Source of the DNA: a virus
Strand: one strand, 5' to 3'
DNA: 64,000 bases
IMG/VR virus record: IMGVR_UViG_3300003155_000003
In this document: one piece after another, positions 9,388 through 17,375 of the stretch
Numbering within the stretch: position 1 is the stretch's first letter
Layout: the number at the start of each line of letters is the position of its first letter
Program-made: the position numbers and the translations under genes
Notes under the pieces: model-generated
Databases searched by the model: none
Seen by the model: only the letters and a program-made list of their open reading frames with translations
What the model was told of the DNA's origin: nothing

Positions 9388-10285
9388 AATAGTAAGATTC
9401 CCACGTCCTCTGGGTACTACAGCAATGATACTCGAATATCAGAAAAGTGGTAATCCAGAGGATTTGACTAAGGTACAGAACTACCTTATTAATCAATGGC
9501 TTTTGGGAAATGGAGTTCTTTGTGGAGTGACCTATGATATCAATTCATTTTCTAACCGATTAGGGATTGATACAGAGTATGTACGTATCTTTATGAGGGA
9601 TAGATTACTATCCTCTAAGATTTGGGATAGAGATAAACAAGAAGAATTATTACAAGCATTAATGGGAGAACAACTAGCATGGGCTTTAGAAGACCGTATG
9701 GAAATCTCTCATCAATTGCAAATATTAAGGGATTCACAGGGAGGCAAATATACTCCATTTATATCTGCTGAGGTAAATAAGACATTGAAGCTTAAACTGG
9801 AATCCTCTACATCCTTGCAATCTATTATCCGTAATCTTACAGGAGGCAATACAACCAATATATTCAATCAATTCAATCAACAGAATAACCTTGGTGCTCC
9901 GGTAGATACTATCTCAATAGAGGAGGCCAGAACCATTGTATTAGAATCTCAGAAGGTTCTATCTAAGACTGAAGAGGCTAAACTATTAGAAGAGAAGTAT
10001 GACATCAATAGCCTACCAGAAGTAGTAGCTACCAAGCAAGAAGGAGTAGATACCTCTAAAGAAGGCCTTAATCTGAATAAGAAAGAACTTAATCAGATTA
10101 CTGATAATTATAAGGCTGCAATGGAAGTATCTTCTAAAGAGCATCATGAATTACGTAGGGAGATAGAAATGAGGATTGACCCAGATGAGGAAGACCCAGA
10201 AATGGATAGGTACTTGGATGAGGATATTGTTGAGGCAGAAGAAGTTCCTTCAATTGCATCTTCATTCCTTAACAAAAGACGATAA
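9371..10285 (+). CDS. hypothetical protein with acidic C-terminus
   Basis: 304-aa ORF. An imperfect hairpin follows at 10291-10315. Confidence 0.6.
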   Translation: MAKEDKIVRFPRPLGTTAMILEYQKSGNPEDLTKVQNYLINQWLLGNGVLCGVTYDINSFSNRLGIDTEYVRIFMRDRLLSSKIWDRDKQEELLQALMGEQLAWALEDRMEISHQLQILRDSQGGKYTPFISAEVNKTLKLKLESSTSLQSIIRNLTGGNTTNIFNQFNQQNNLGAPVDTISIEEARTIVLESQKVLSKTEEAKLLEEKYDINSLPEVVATKQEGVDTSKEGLNLNKKELNQITDNYKAAMEVSSKEHHELRREIEMRIDPDEEDPEMDRYLDEDIVEAEEVPSIASSFLNKRR

Positions 10286-10310
10286 CTAAAGAGGCTACCT
10301 ACTATTGGTG

Positions 10311-10364
10311 GCCTCAGTTGTGTATATACGGATTTGCATATTAAAAATAAAAGAATTATATTTG
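10311..10364 (+). promoter_or_regulatory. early promoter P4
   Basis: GCCTCAG at 10311-10317. TTTGCA at 10333. TATATTTG at 10357-10364. Confidence 0.7.
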
Positions 10365-10392
10365 CATATCAATTTTAAAAATAGACGAAAAT

Positions 10393-10608
10393 ATGGAAAC
10401 ATTCAACCAAGAACACAAGGAGACTAAGATTAAGAACATTAATCAAGGTACTTACTTTAGACTCAAACCCTCGGATACTGCACCTGTATGGGTCAGAGGA
10501 GAATATAACCGTTTAGCTGGTAAATACTCCTGCTGGAAATTCGATGATACTAATCATGAAAAACTCATGAAAGGTTCTCAAACCGTATATATTAACTTTA
10601 CATTTTAA
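10393..10608 (+). CDS. hypothetical protein
   Basis: 71-aa ORF 29 nt downstream of promoter box 10357-10364. Confidence 0.5.
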   Translation: METFNQEHKETKIKNINQGTYFRLKPSDTAPVWVRGEYNRLAGKYSCWKFDDTNHEKLMKGSQTVYINFTF

Positions 10609-10612
10609 CAAT

Positions 10613-11293
10613 ATGTTCAAATTCTTCAGAAAGAAAAAGAAAGTTAGAGTCATCAAATGTTCTAACCTATTTAAACTACAAAAGATAGAGGGCTTAGATA
10701 ATTCTTATAACATTACCATTAGTAGCTATCTTCAAGATTTTCAGGTTAGAGTACAATCAATTCTTAATGAACTCCATATCTACGATGACCGAGTATGGAT
10801 AGAAGCTTATCGGGAATATCAGAAACATTACAAGGTATATGATAGAGTACCAGATTTATTACTTTATAAGATACCCGTATTATTTGCTTTATCCTATCCA
10901 GAAATAAAAACTAAAATGGATAAGGATTTTACCTTCAGATATTATATCCCAGACCAATCCTATTATGAGGCTCTACCAGATGAGTTCAAATTGGGTTGGA
11001 TTGAGGATGAATTCAAAACTCTGTATTCAAGGATATATGGGTATCTACCCGAAAGAAAGGTAACAATAGATGAATATATACAAATTATTAGGTTCAACTA
11101 TTGTAAGAACTGGGACATCCTTAGGAATAATCCATCCAGTATTCATAATTACTTTGATGAATGTATGGATATCATCATGTCATTCATAGATGAAGATTGC
11201 TTGGTAGTAGTAAGTAATATCATTGAAAGATGTGCTGAAGAACTCAAAGAGAAATTACGAACCCTTAAAAATAACAAAGATGAACAAGTTTAG
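10613..11293 (+). CDS. hypothetical protein
   Basis: 226-aa ORF. Confidence 0.55.
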   Translation: MFKFFRKKKKVRVIKCSNLFKLQKIEGLDNSYNITISSYLQDFQVRVQSILNELHIYDDRVWIEAYREYQKHYKVYDRVPDLLLYKIPVLFALSYPEIKTKMDKDFTFRYYIPDQSYYEALPDEFKLGWIEDEFKTLYSRIYGYLPERKVTIDEYIQIIRFNYCKNWDILRNNPSSIHNYFDECMDIIMSFIDEDCLVVVSNIIERCAEELKEKLRTLKNNKDEQV

Positions 11294-11600
11294 ATTCAAG
11301 GTATCTACCATGTTAGAACAGGTAGAGGACGATTACATTAAATTCGTGGGAGATAACTATGGTGTAAACCGGGATGAGTTCCTTAAAGACTTCAAGGATA
11401 AACTTAATCTTGAAAGTCATCATGTATCTACAGTACATGCAGAATTACTTGAATACGAACCAAATCGTATCATCATTCAGACCTCTAAGTATAATACCAT
11501 ATCAAAGGAATATAAAGACCATTACCTTTGGGTATTTACTAATAAGGGAGACAGAAAGTACGATTGGGACTTAAACAGATTCCGGGCTCTACCTCAGTAA
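11280..11600 (+). CDS. hypothetical protein
   Basis: Track ORF 11223..11600. The ATG at 11280 (MNKFRFK...) gives a 14-nt overlap with the upstream stop. Confidence 0.5.
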   Translation: MNKFRFKVSTMLEQVEDDYIKFVGDNYGVNRDEFLKDFKDKLNLESHHVSTVHAELLEYEPNRIIIQTSKYNTISKEYKDHYLWVFTNKGDRKYDWDLNRFRALPQ

Positions 11601-11654
11601 TTATTAAATAGTTTATTAATTCTTTTGCAGATATAAATATATTTCTTATATTTG
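11591..11654 (+). promoter_or_regulatory. early promoter P5
   Basis: ACCTCAG at 11591-11597, inside the last codons of the upstream gene. TTTGCA near 11625. TATATTTG at 11647-11654. Confidence 0.7.
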
Positions 11655-11688
11655 TAATGAATTAATAAACTATTAAAATTTTATAACC

Positions 11689-12156
11689 ATGCAAACCAAG
11701 TATTACTTAACCTTCGAACAAGTTGGAATCATTAGACGTATTCCACTTAAGGAACAGGACCCCGATATGCAGGGAATCCTAGATGCTTTCATCCAAGCCT
11801 TCAGAATTACCAATGAACTGGACGATGATGATACCGTTAATACGGTAGACCTAATCAATGCTCTTAACCATATAGATGACATTTACATTGATACAGTAGA
11901 GATTTACGAAGATGGGTTCGAAATGATTGAACAATCTATACCTTTGGGAGATGCTAGCAAATGCGTAAGTAATCTCTTACAGATTGTTCAATACAACGAT
12001 GCCTTTGATTTAGCTGCTAATAATCTTGCTCTTGAGATTAAAAACAGTGTAAGATTCCATTGGAGACAACTTAACCCAGGTTCTTCAACTCCTGAACCCG
12101 AGTTCATAAATCAATTCTACAAAGAAGTCATTAACCGTTTAAAAACAAAAATATAA
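11689..12156 (+). CDS. small acidic hypothetical protein
   Basis: 155 aa, D/E-rich, 35 nt downstream of promoter box 11647-11654. Confidence 0.55.
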   Translation: MQTKYYLTFEQVGIIRRIPLKEQDPDMQGILDAFIQAFRITNELDDDDTVNTVDLINALNHIDDIYIDTVEIYEDGFEMIEQSIPLGDASKCVSNLLQIVQYNDAFDLAANNLALEIKNSVRFHWRQLNPGSSTPEPEFINQFYKEVINRLKTKI

Positions 12157-12587
12157 TGCTAAAAATCGTATTTACCTCAGAAGACAATGAAAACTCTATG
12201 TTCGGCATAGAGGAATTCCCTATCTCAGCAGAACATGCCTCACAATTAATGCGAGGCGATATGTGCATAGAGAGGTTCTTGAACGATAACCTAAATGCTC
12301 CTGATGACATTTCTCGATTCAAAGGCCTTCTCCTAGAAGGAGATACCATTGACCATGTTACAGTTGCTATCAAATTTGAACCAGAATCCGATGTCAAAGA
12401 AGACATTAAAAAGCATCTGGTTAATGAACTATGGGAAACCATATATGATACTCTTTATAGCTCAAAGGATACCATAACCCAGGAGACTATAGAAATGCTT
12501 CATTCCAATATCGATGCTTTCTACAAACAAGAAGTTACCCGGGAAGTAAAGCCATTCAAAAAGAAGAAACCTTCTTATCAGAGTTAA
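12156..12587 (+). CDS. small acidic hypothetical protein
   Basis: The start overlaps the upstream stop (TAATG). D/E-rich. A terminator follows at 12600-12628. Confidence 0.55.
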   Translation: MLKIVFTSEDNENSMFGIEEFPISAEHASQLMRGDMCIERFLNDNLNAPDDISRFKGLLLEGDTIDHVTVAIKFEPESDVKEDIKKHLVNELWETIYDTLYSSKDTITQETIEMLHSNIDAFYKQEVTREVKPFKKKKPSYQS

Positions 12588-12599
12588 CAAATCAATCAA

Positions 12600-12628
12600 A
12601 AGGCAGTCAATCCAACTGCCTTTTCTTG
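12600..12628 (+). terminator. rho-independent terminator
   Basis: AAGGCAGT-caatccaa-ACTGCCTT followed by TTTCTTG. Confidence 0.75.
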
Positions 12629-12636
12629 TATGTAGA

Positions 12637-12700
12637 ACCTCAGCTATATTAAAATAATTGCATGAATAAAGTAATATTTAAAATAAAATGCTTATATTTG
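12637..12700 (+). promoter_or_regulatory. early promoter P6
   Basis: ACCTCAG at 12637-12643. TATATTTGTAGTG from 12693. Confidence 0.7.
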
Positions 12701-12726
12701 TAGTGTAATAATTAAATAATAAAAAT

Positions 12727-13107
12727 ATGAAAACAACAACATCTAAATCCTCCATCCAGAACTTAGAAGAGGTACTTCAAAGATTCATTGCTAACAAAAA
12801 CACTTTCTCCCTCTGTAATGGAGAAAAGGAAAACCTAAAGGCTAACTTATACGAGTTACTTAGTAAGTTATACGATAACTATCAACTTGCCTGCATTGAT
12901 ATCAATCAAATCTGGGTATACGAAACTTGCTATTATACATTTACATTTGAAAGCCTGGTTACAGTAGACCGACCAAGAGAAAACATCATTGCCGATGGCT
13001 GCATACGATTTATGCAAAATTTTACCGATGGTGACGGTATCTTTATCTCATTCACCAAGCTGGATAAAAATCATTGGGTTTACCAACTTAACTTCAGAAT
13101 ATCATGA
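12727..13107 (+). CDS. hypothetical protein
   Basis: 126-aa ORF 27 nt downstream of promoter box 12693-12700. Confidence 0.55.
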   Translation: MKTTTSKSSIQNLEEVLQRFIANKNTFSLCNGEKENLKANLYELLSKLYDNYQLACIDINQIWVYETCYYTFTFESLVTVDRPRENIIADGCIRFMQNFTDGDGIFISFTKLDKNHWVYQLNFRIS

Positions 13108-13286
13108 ACGAAGAAGAATTAAAATCTCTGGCCTTACAGTTACATAAGGCACAGATACAAGAATATCCCTGGGTCTCAGCAGACCCAGAGGATGCTGAAT
13201 CCTATATTAGGACTTACGGAGATACTAACGTACACTTGTACTACGATTATTTACTTGCTAACGGAATAGGAGAAGTAACGGAATAG
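13104..13286 (+). CDS. small acidic hypothetical protein
   Basis: ATGA start/stop overlap with the upstream gene. 60 aa. Confidence 0.5.
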   Translation: MNEEELKSLALQLHKAQIQEYPWVSADPEDAESYIRTYGDTNVHLYYDYLLANGIGEVTE

Positions 13287-13299
13287 GAGAAGTAGAATT

Positions 13300-13722
13300 A
13301 TGAAAATCAGAGCTATCTTAGAAACAGAAACAATGGACCCTGACTTCAGGGAACCATTCTTAAATGGTATGCCATTTGACATTACAGAATCAACGTTTGA
13401 TAGAATTGTACGCTATGCTTCAGGATGTACCGATGTTCAACAACCAGATGTAATTGCCATGGTTATTCAACATTCTTTGGATAACCGTAAAGAGTTATCA
13501 GAATTACTTGACATATGTAATCATACTACACAAATGAGAGTACTCATACCAGTACCAATCTCTTCAATTACCTTTATCAATCAGTACCAAAATACTCTTA
13601 AAAAGGCATTAAAGGAGAGAATCAAAGGAACACTGGATGGCCTATCAAAAGAACAACGTGCAGAACTCCTTAATGAGGTACTTAATGAAACTTTAAATGA
13701 GGGTTCCCTTAACGACGATTAA
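13300..13722 (+). CDS. small acidic hypothetical protein
   Basis: 140-aa ORF. A 9-bp-stem hairpin follows at 13746-13782. Confidence 0.55.
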   Translation: MKIRAILETETMDPDFREPFLNGMPFDITESTFDRIVRYASGCTDVQQPDVIAMVIQHSLDNRKELSELLDICNHTTQMRVLIPVPISSITFINQYQNTLKKALKERIKGTLDGLSKEQRAELLNEVLNETLNEGSLNDD

Positions 13723-13782
13723 CCAGTTGTTTTCATATCTATCCCAGAGGCAGGACTCTAACCTAACTAAGAGCCTGCCTCT

Positions 13783-13826
13783 ACCTCAGTTATATTTGCA
13801 TATATTATTTATTATTCTTATCTTTG
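13783..13826 (+). promoter_or_regulatory. early promoter P7 (tandem -7-like boxes)
   Basis: ACCTCAG at 13783-13789. TATATTTG at 13791-13798 and TATCTTTG at 13819-13826. Confidence 0.6.
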
Positions 13827-13873
13827 TAGTGAGAAATAAAAATATATTTATTCATTTTAAAATAGACAACAAC

Positions 13874-14299
13874 ATGGTTAATCTTTACAAACTCACCAAC
13901 TTACTTGAATCTGGGATGACAATATTCCAGCTCAATCAATGGAAAAACGAAGGTATCTGGTATCCAATTACTCAATACAAAAAGCCTTCAAACGAAATTG
14001 AGGTAGTCACCAACCTATTTATCCCAATCGATACGGAAACACAACGTTATCACATTCAATTAACTGCTAACTATGATGCTAGCGAAATGGATGAATGGAA
14101 ACGATTCCTAGAGGATAACCAATGGAAGCTATACCCATTACTCAAAAACATCATGGATGTATTCTTGCCACATTCAGATTATGGATATCGAATCCTATAT
14201 ACCTTATACCCGGAAGGATTCATATCAGTACTTGCTGAAGAATTACCTGCTGAACCCTACATACCCTTGAATCAACAAATTAAATCAGAGGAGGACTAA
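13874..14299 (+). CDS. small acidic hypothetical protein
   Basis: The track start at 13697 would read through a hairpin and two promoter boxes. The first ATG after the box at 13819-13826 is 13874 (MVNLYKLTN...). Confidence 0.55.
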   Translation: MVNLYKLTNLLESGMTIFQLNQWKNEGIWYPITQYKKPSNEIEVVTNLFIPIDTETQRYHIQLTANYDASEMDEWKRFLEDNQWKLYPLLKNIMDVFLPHSDYGYRILYTLYPEGFISVLAEELPAEPYIPLNQQIKSEED

Positions 14300-14301
14300 C
14301 T

Positions 14302-14622
14302 ATGACACCATCAAAGACTTATCTTAAATTCCAAGAGACAGGGTCCAAAGAGGACCTTGATACTCTTAATGGGTATTTACTCAGACTGCAACAAATCTCG
14401 GTTATCCTAAATGGAGATACAGAACTTTCCAATGAGGAAGAGAACAAACTATATGACGAAGACGAAACCCTAACAGACAAAGTCTTACGATTATTATTTG
14501 GAGATACATTCTTTACCTTCATTGCCGAATACAACCTCGATGGATACGATTCCTGGGAGGATACCGTCGAAGACTTAGTAGAAGACCTATGGATGACCTA
14601 TTGGGAATTACATGAAGCCTAA
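14302..14622 (+). CDS. small acidic hypothetical protein
   Basis: 106 aa, very D/E-rich. Confidence 0.55.
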   Translation: MTPSKTYLKFQETGSKEDLDTLNGYLLRLQQISVILNGDTELSNEEENKLYDEDETLTDKVLRLLFGDTFFTFIAEYNLDGYDSWEDTVEDLVEDLWMTYWELHEA

Positions 14623-14736
14623 TATTATACTTATCTTAGTCATGGGAGGGATTATCCTAATAATGGGTGCATCCTCCCATCCTACTAGCAAAGAACCTTT
14701 AACTTATGAGAATACTCATTGCTTAATATTAATAAT

Positions 14737-14967
14737 ATGCTAGAACAGTCCAAATTTTTAGTATCCTTCGATTGCCAAAACGAAAAGTTCTGCGAAGAAT
14801 TAATCATAACCTATAGAACTGAGGAACTAAGGCCATACTTAATATTCCCAAGGGTAAAACTAAACCCCAACCATCTTCATGTATATCATACTAAAAGGAT
14901 AATCTCAGAACTTATAGGTATGCCATACTCTTCCATCGAAATAGTTGACCTTATAAGGCTCCAGTAA
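14737..14967 (+). CDS. hypothetical protein
   Basis: The track start at 14719 is TTG. The first ATG is 14737 (MLEQSKF...). Confidence 0.45.
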   Translation: MLEQSKFLVSFDCQNEKFCEELIITYRTEELRPYLIFPRVKLNPNHLHVYHTKRIISELIGMPYSSIEIVDLIRLQ

Positions 14968-15011
14968 GTAATCGGGGTTATTGCATATTTAAAATATTAT
15001 TCTTATATTTG
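14958..15011 (+). promoter_or_regulatory. early promoter P8
   Basis: Variant GCTCCAG at 14958-14964. TTGCAT at 14981. TATATTTG at 15004-15011. Confidence 0.65.
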
Positions 15012-15035
15012 CATAAACATTTAAAAATAGACGTT

Positions 15036-15281
15036 ATGAATGAAGAAAGTAAATTAATCGAATTATTTAAAAAATACCCCGGAATTGCTGCACGCATACG
15101 GAGGTCATTTGCTTATCACTACGACCAAATCCAACGGGAAATCGAAGCCGAGGTTGCTACAATTAACAAAGACGATGCTGCAACCATTATCGATTATACT
15201 ACCGAATATATGGAGGAATCCATGGGTTGGCCTGATGCCGATGACCAAACAACATTCAACAATCAAATCGCTAACAATTAA
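15036..15281 (+). CDS. small acidic hypothetical protein
   Basis: The track start at 15009 is the TTG of the -7 box. The first ATG is 15036 (MNEESKL...). Confidence 0.5.
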   Translation: MNEESKLIELFKKYPGIAARIRRSFAYHYDQIQREIEAEVATINKDDAATIIDYTTEYMEESMGWPDADDQTTFNNQIANN

Positions 15282-15307
15282 CATTAACCAATAAAACTTA
15301 TAACATC

Positions 15308-15814
15308 ATGACAACATTAAAATCTACTTCAATCCTTGCTTCAATCCTTGCTCAAAACCCTTATCACATTATCTCCATCCAAGGTCAAATGCCTATGTCA
15401 CATGCTCAAAATACATATGACTTCGAAATTGCCGAGGATGACCCACATTACGAGGAGATATCGGATTATTCACTCGAAATGCTCTGGGTATATACCTATG
15501 CCGATAAGGAATCCCTGGAACTTGACCTAATGGAAATCCTCAATCAAATGGATTTGCTCAGAGGCTGCGATGACCAATACTTCGATTATAACGTAGACGA
15601 AGTAGACATGGTACTCTACGGTGCAACTCTTATCCTTGAACAGGAAAAATACAAACCACTTATCATGGAAAAATTCCAATACTACAAGGATAATTTCAAC
15701 GAGGAAGAACATGCCGAGGAAATCGAATATTACCTTAACTTTCTCGAAAAACCAGAAACTCTTTACACTTTCACTGAAAATACTATCAACTTTTTCAAAT
15801 CCCTTATCAAATGA
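15308..15814 (+). CDS. small acidic hypothetical protein
   Basis: 168 aa, D/E/Y-rich. Confidence 0.55.
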   Translation: MTTLKSTSILASILAQNPYHIISIQGQMPMSHAQNTYDFEIAEDDPHYEEISDYSLEMLWVYTYADKESLELDLMEILNQMDLLRGCDDQYFDYNVDEVDMVLYGATLILEQEKYKPLIMEKFQYYKDNFNEEEHAEEIEYYLNFLEKPETLYTFTENTINFFKSLIK

Positions 15815-16074
15815 GAACTAAACTTATAATCCTAACATCAATTGCCATGGCTCTAGTAGTCATGGCTTTCCCTACCAATAAATTCCAACCTAAAACAGTA
15901 TGGGAACACTACTGCAAGTATACATTGCACATACACCCATCACAGGCAACCGAGGACCAATATGATTACTTCCTTGATTGCTGGTCAGGAGATGACGAAT
16001 ATACTTATCTCTATGACTACTACGAGAACAAATACCCAGAATATAATCACCAACTAAAACATTACGGAAAATGA
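15811..16074 (+). CDS. small membrane-anchored hypothetical protein
   Basis: ATGA overlap with the upstream gene. N-terminal hydrophobic segment LIILTSIAMALVVMAF. Confidence 0.5.
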   Translation: MRTKLIILTSIAMALVVMAFPTNKFQPKTVWEHYCKYTLHIHPSQATEDQYDYFLDCWSGDDEYTYLYDYYENKYPEYNHQLKHYGK

Positions 16075-16319
16075 AACTAAGAATCACAACTCTGGTAATC
16101 GTAGAAGAAGGCCAAGTCCAAGATATCTACCATTCATTCGAAGATGACCAAGACAAGGCTTATCAAGAAATCATAAACCAGGTAAATGCTGAATATGGAG
16201 ACGGAGGAGTATTACAATTCTATTCTCTACAGGGTATCAAAGAATACTTCGAAATCGTACATATAGAGACCCAAGAACTAACTCCAACAGGATTTAAAAC
16301 AGCCATCTTAGACCAATGA
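16071..16319 (+). CDS. small acidic hypothetical protein
   Basis: ATGA overlap with the upstream gene. 82 aa. Confidence 0.5.
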   Translation: MKLRITTLVIVEEGQVQDIYHSFEDDQDKAYQEIINQVNAEYGDGGVLQFYSLQGIKEYFEIVHIETQELTPTGFKTAILDQ

Positions 16320-16492
16320 AAAAGAAGAACAAAGACATAATATACATACCAGGCCAAGATACATGGTCTGAACATTTCCCTACTCCAGGTAAACTAAGAC
16401 CCAGTAACTTCGGACATATGTTCTGTGAACCTAACTCCCAATTCAACAAGCTCCTCCGTACCCAGAACAAACTAAAATCCAAAAGAAAATGA
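16316..16492 (+). CDS. 58-aa hypothetical protein (below the ORF-track cut-off)
   Basis: My own translation is MKKKNKDIIYIPGQDTWSEHFPTPGKLRPSNFGHMFCEPNSQFNKLLRTQNKLKSKRK. ATGA overlaps occur at both ends, at 16316-16319 and 16489-16492. Confidence 0.4.
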   Translation: MKKKNKDIIYIPGQDTWSEHFPTPGKLRPSNFGHMFCEPNSQFNKLLRTQNKLKSKRK

Positions 16493-16677
16493 TACCACTA
16501 ACCTTAATATTAATCCTAGCCATAGGGATATCCCATATCCTAATCCGAAATGAAACCAGGTACCTAATAAGAATAAAGTACCCCACCAACAAACAAAAAT
16601 ACCAATACTACCTAACACAATTAATATACCTACTAATCCTAATCATCCTAGAAACCTTAATCCTAAGATACCTCTAA
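16489..16677 (+). CDS. possible 62-aa hydrophobic protein (doubtful)
   Basis: ATGA-coupled to the upstream ORF. However, it lies wholly in a G-depleted, CCTA-repeat tract, which by itself would translate as L/I-rich sequence. Confidence 0.3.
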   Translation: MIPLTLILILAIGISHILIRNETRYLIRIKYPTNKQKYQYYLTQLIYLLILIILETLILRYL

Positions 16678-16715
16678 CCCACCAAACAAAAACAAATATC
16701 AAAATAAATACTAAA

Positions 16716-16751
16716 GCCCAGTATGAACAATAAACAAAATCATACTGGGCC
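16716..16751 (+). other. 11-bp perfect-stem hairpin without T-run
   Basis: GCCCAGTATGA at 16716-16726 pairs with TCATACTGGGC at 16741-16751. The loop is 14 nt. Confidence 0.6.
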
Positions 16752-16980
16752 TAACTATGTTACATAACTAAGATACAAATACCCCAATATCACCAATCAT
16801 ATAATACTAATCAATATACATATAACTAATTTGAAGGCCTTCCGGGGGTGTTGGGATTAAGGCAAACTTCTAGGCCTAGCCTACCTCTCACTATACAACA
16901 CCCCTACTCTATAGCTACCTAACACATCAGTCTCAAGGTCCTAAGGCTATATAACCAATTGCCTAAAAGGCACCTAATAA

Positions 16981-17270
16981 AGGCCATTCAAGGTACCTAA
17001 ATCCGATAAATCCTAGACCCCTAATGGCCGCTTTTTATATAAAATTAGGTACCTTTTTGTCGGATTGGGGCCCCTAAATTTAATAAATCCGAGGTAATTT
17101 TAGGCCATTCAAGGTACCTAAAAACTAGTAACTATGTTATTAATGGCCCTTGTAATTAGTTAAAAAGAAACTTTAGATTGCTAGAAGAGATACTTCTTTT
17201 GAGAGAGTATTGATAGAGAGATACGTAATATTAGTATTAGAGCTATAGTACATTATCCATTAATGGCTTC
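16981..17270. repeat. degenerate tandem repeat of about 120 bp (about 2.5 units) containing a perfect 21-nt direct repeat
   Basis: AGGCCATTCAAGGTACCTAAA occurs at 16981-17001 and 17102-17122. TAATGGC(C) occurs at 17022, 17141 and 17261. The spacings are 119-121 bp. Confidence 0.75.
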
Positions 17271-17329
17271 AGTAGGATTTATAAAAATTGATTAGGATTT
17301 TGCTATATTATTTATTATTCTTATATTTG
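17266..17329 (+). promoter_or_regulatory. early promoter P9
   Basis: Variant GCTTCAG at 17266-17272. TTTGCT at 17299. TATATTTGCAATGTGATAAT from 17322, identical to P3 over 20 nt. Confidence 0.7.
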
Positions 17330-17375
17330 CAATGTGATAATAAACAAGAATATTAATTTTTAAATCCTATATCCT

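Noticed and set aside
16981-17122. A possible CRISPR-like array, suggested by the perfect 21-nt direct repeat.
   Set aside because: There are only two perfect copies, separated by 100 nt. The repeat is not palindromic in the CRISPR manner, no further regularly spaced copies exist, and no cas genes are present.
16489-17125. Telomere-like CCCTAA repeats.
   Set aside because: The recurring unit is CCTA(A/G/C) in variable contexts, with only two CCCCTAA instances. It is not a tandem hexamer array.
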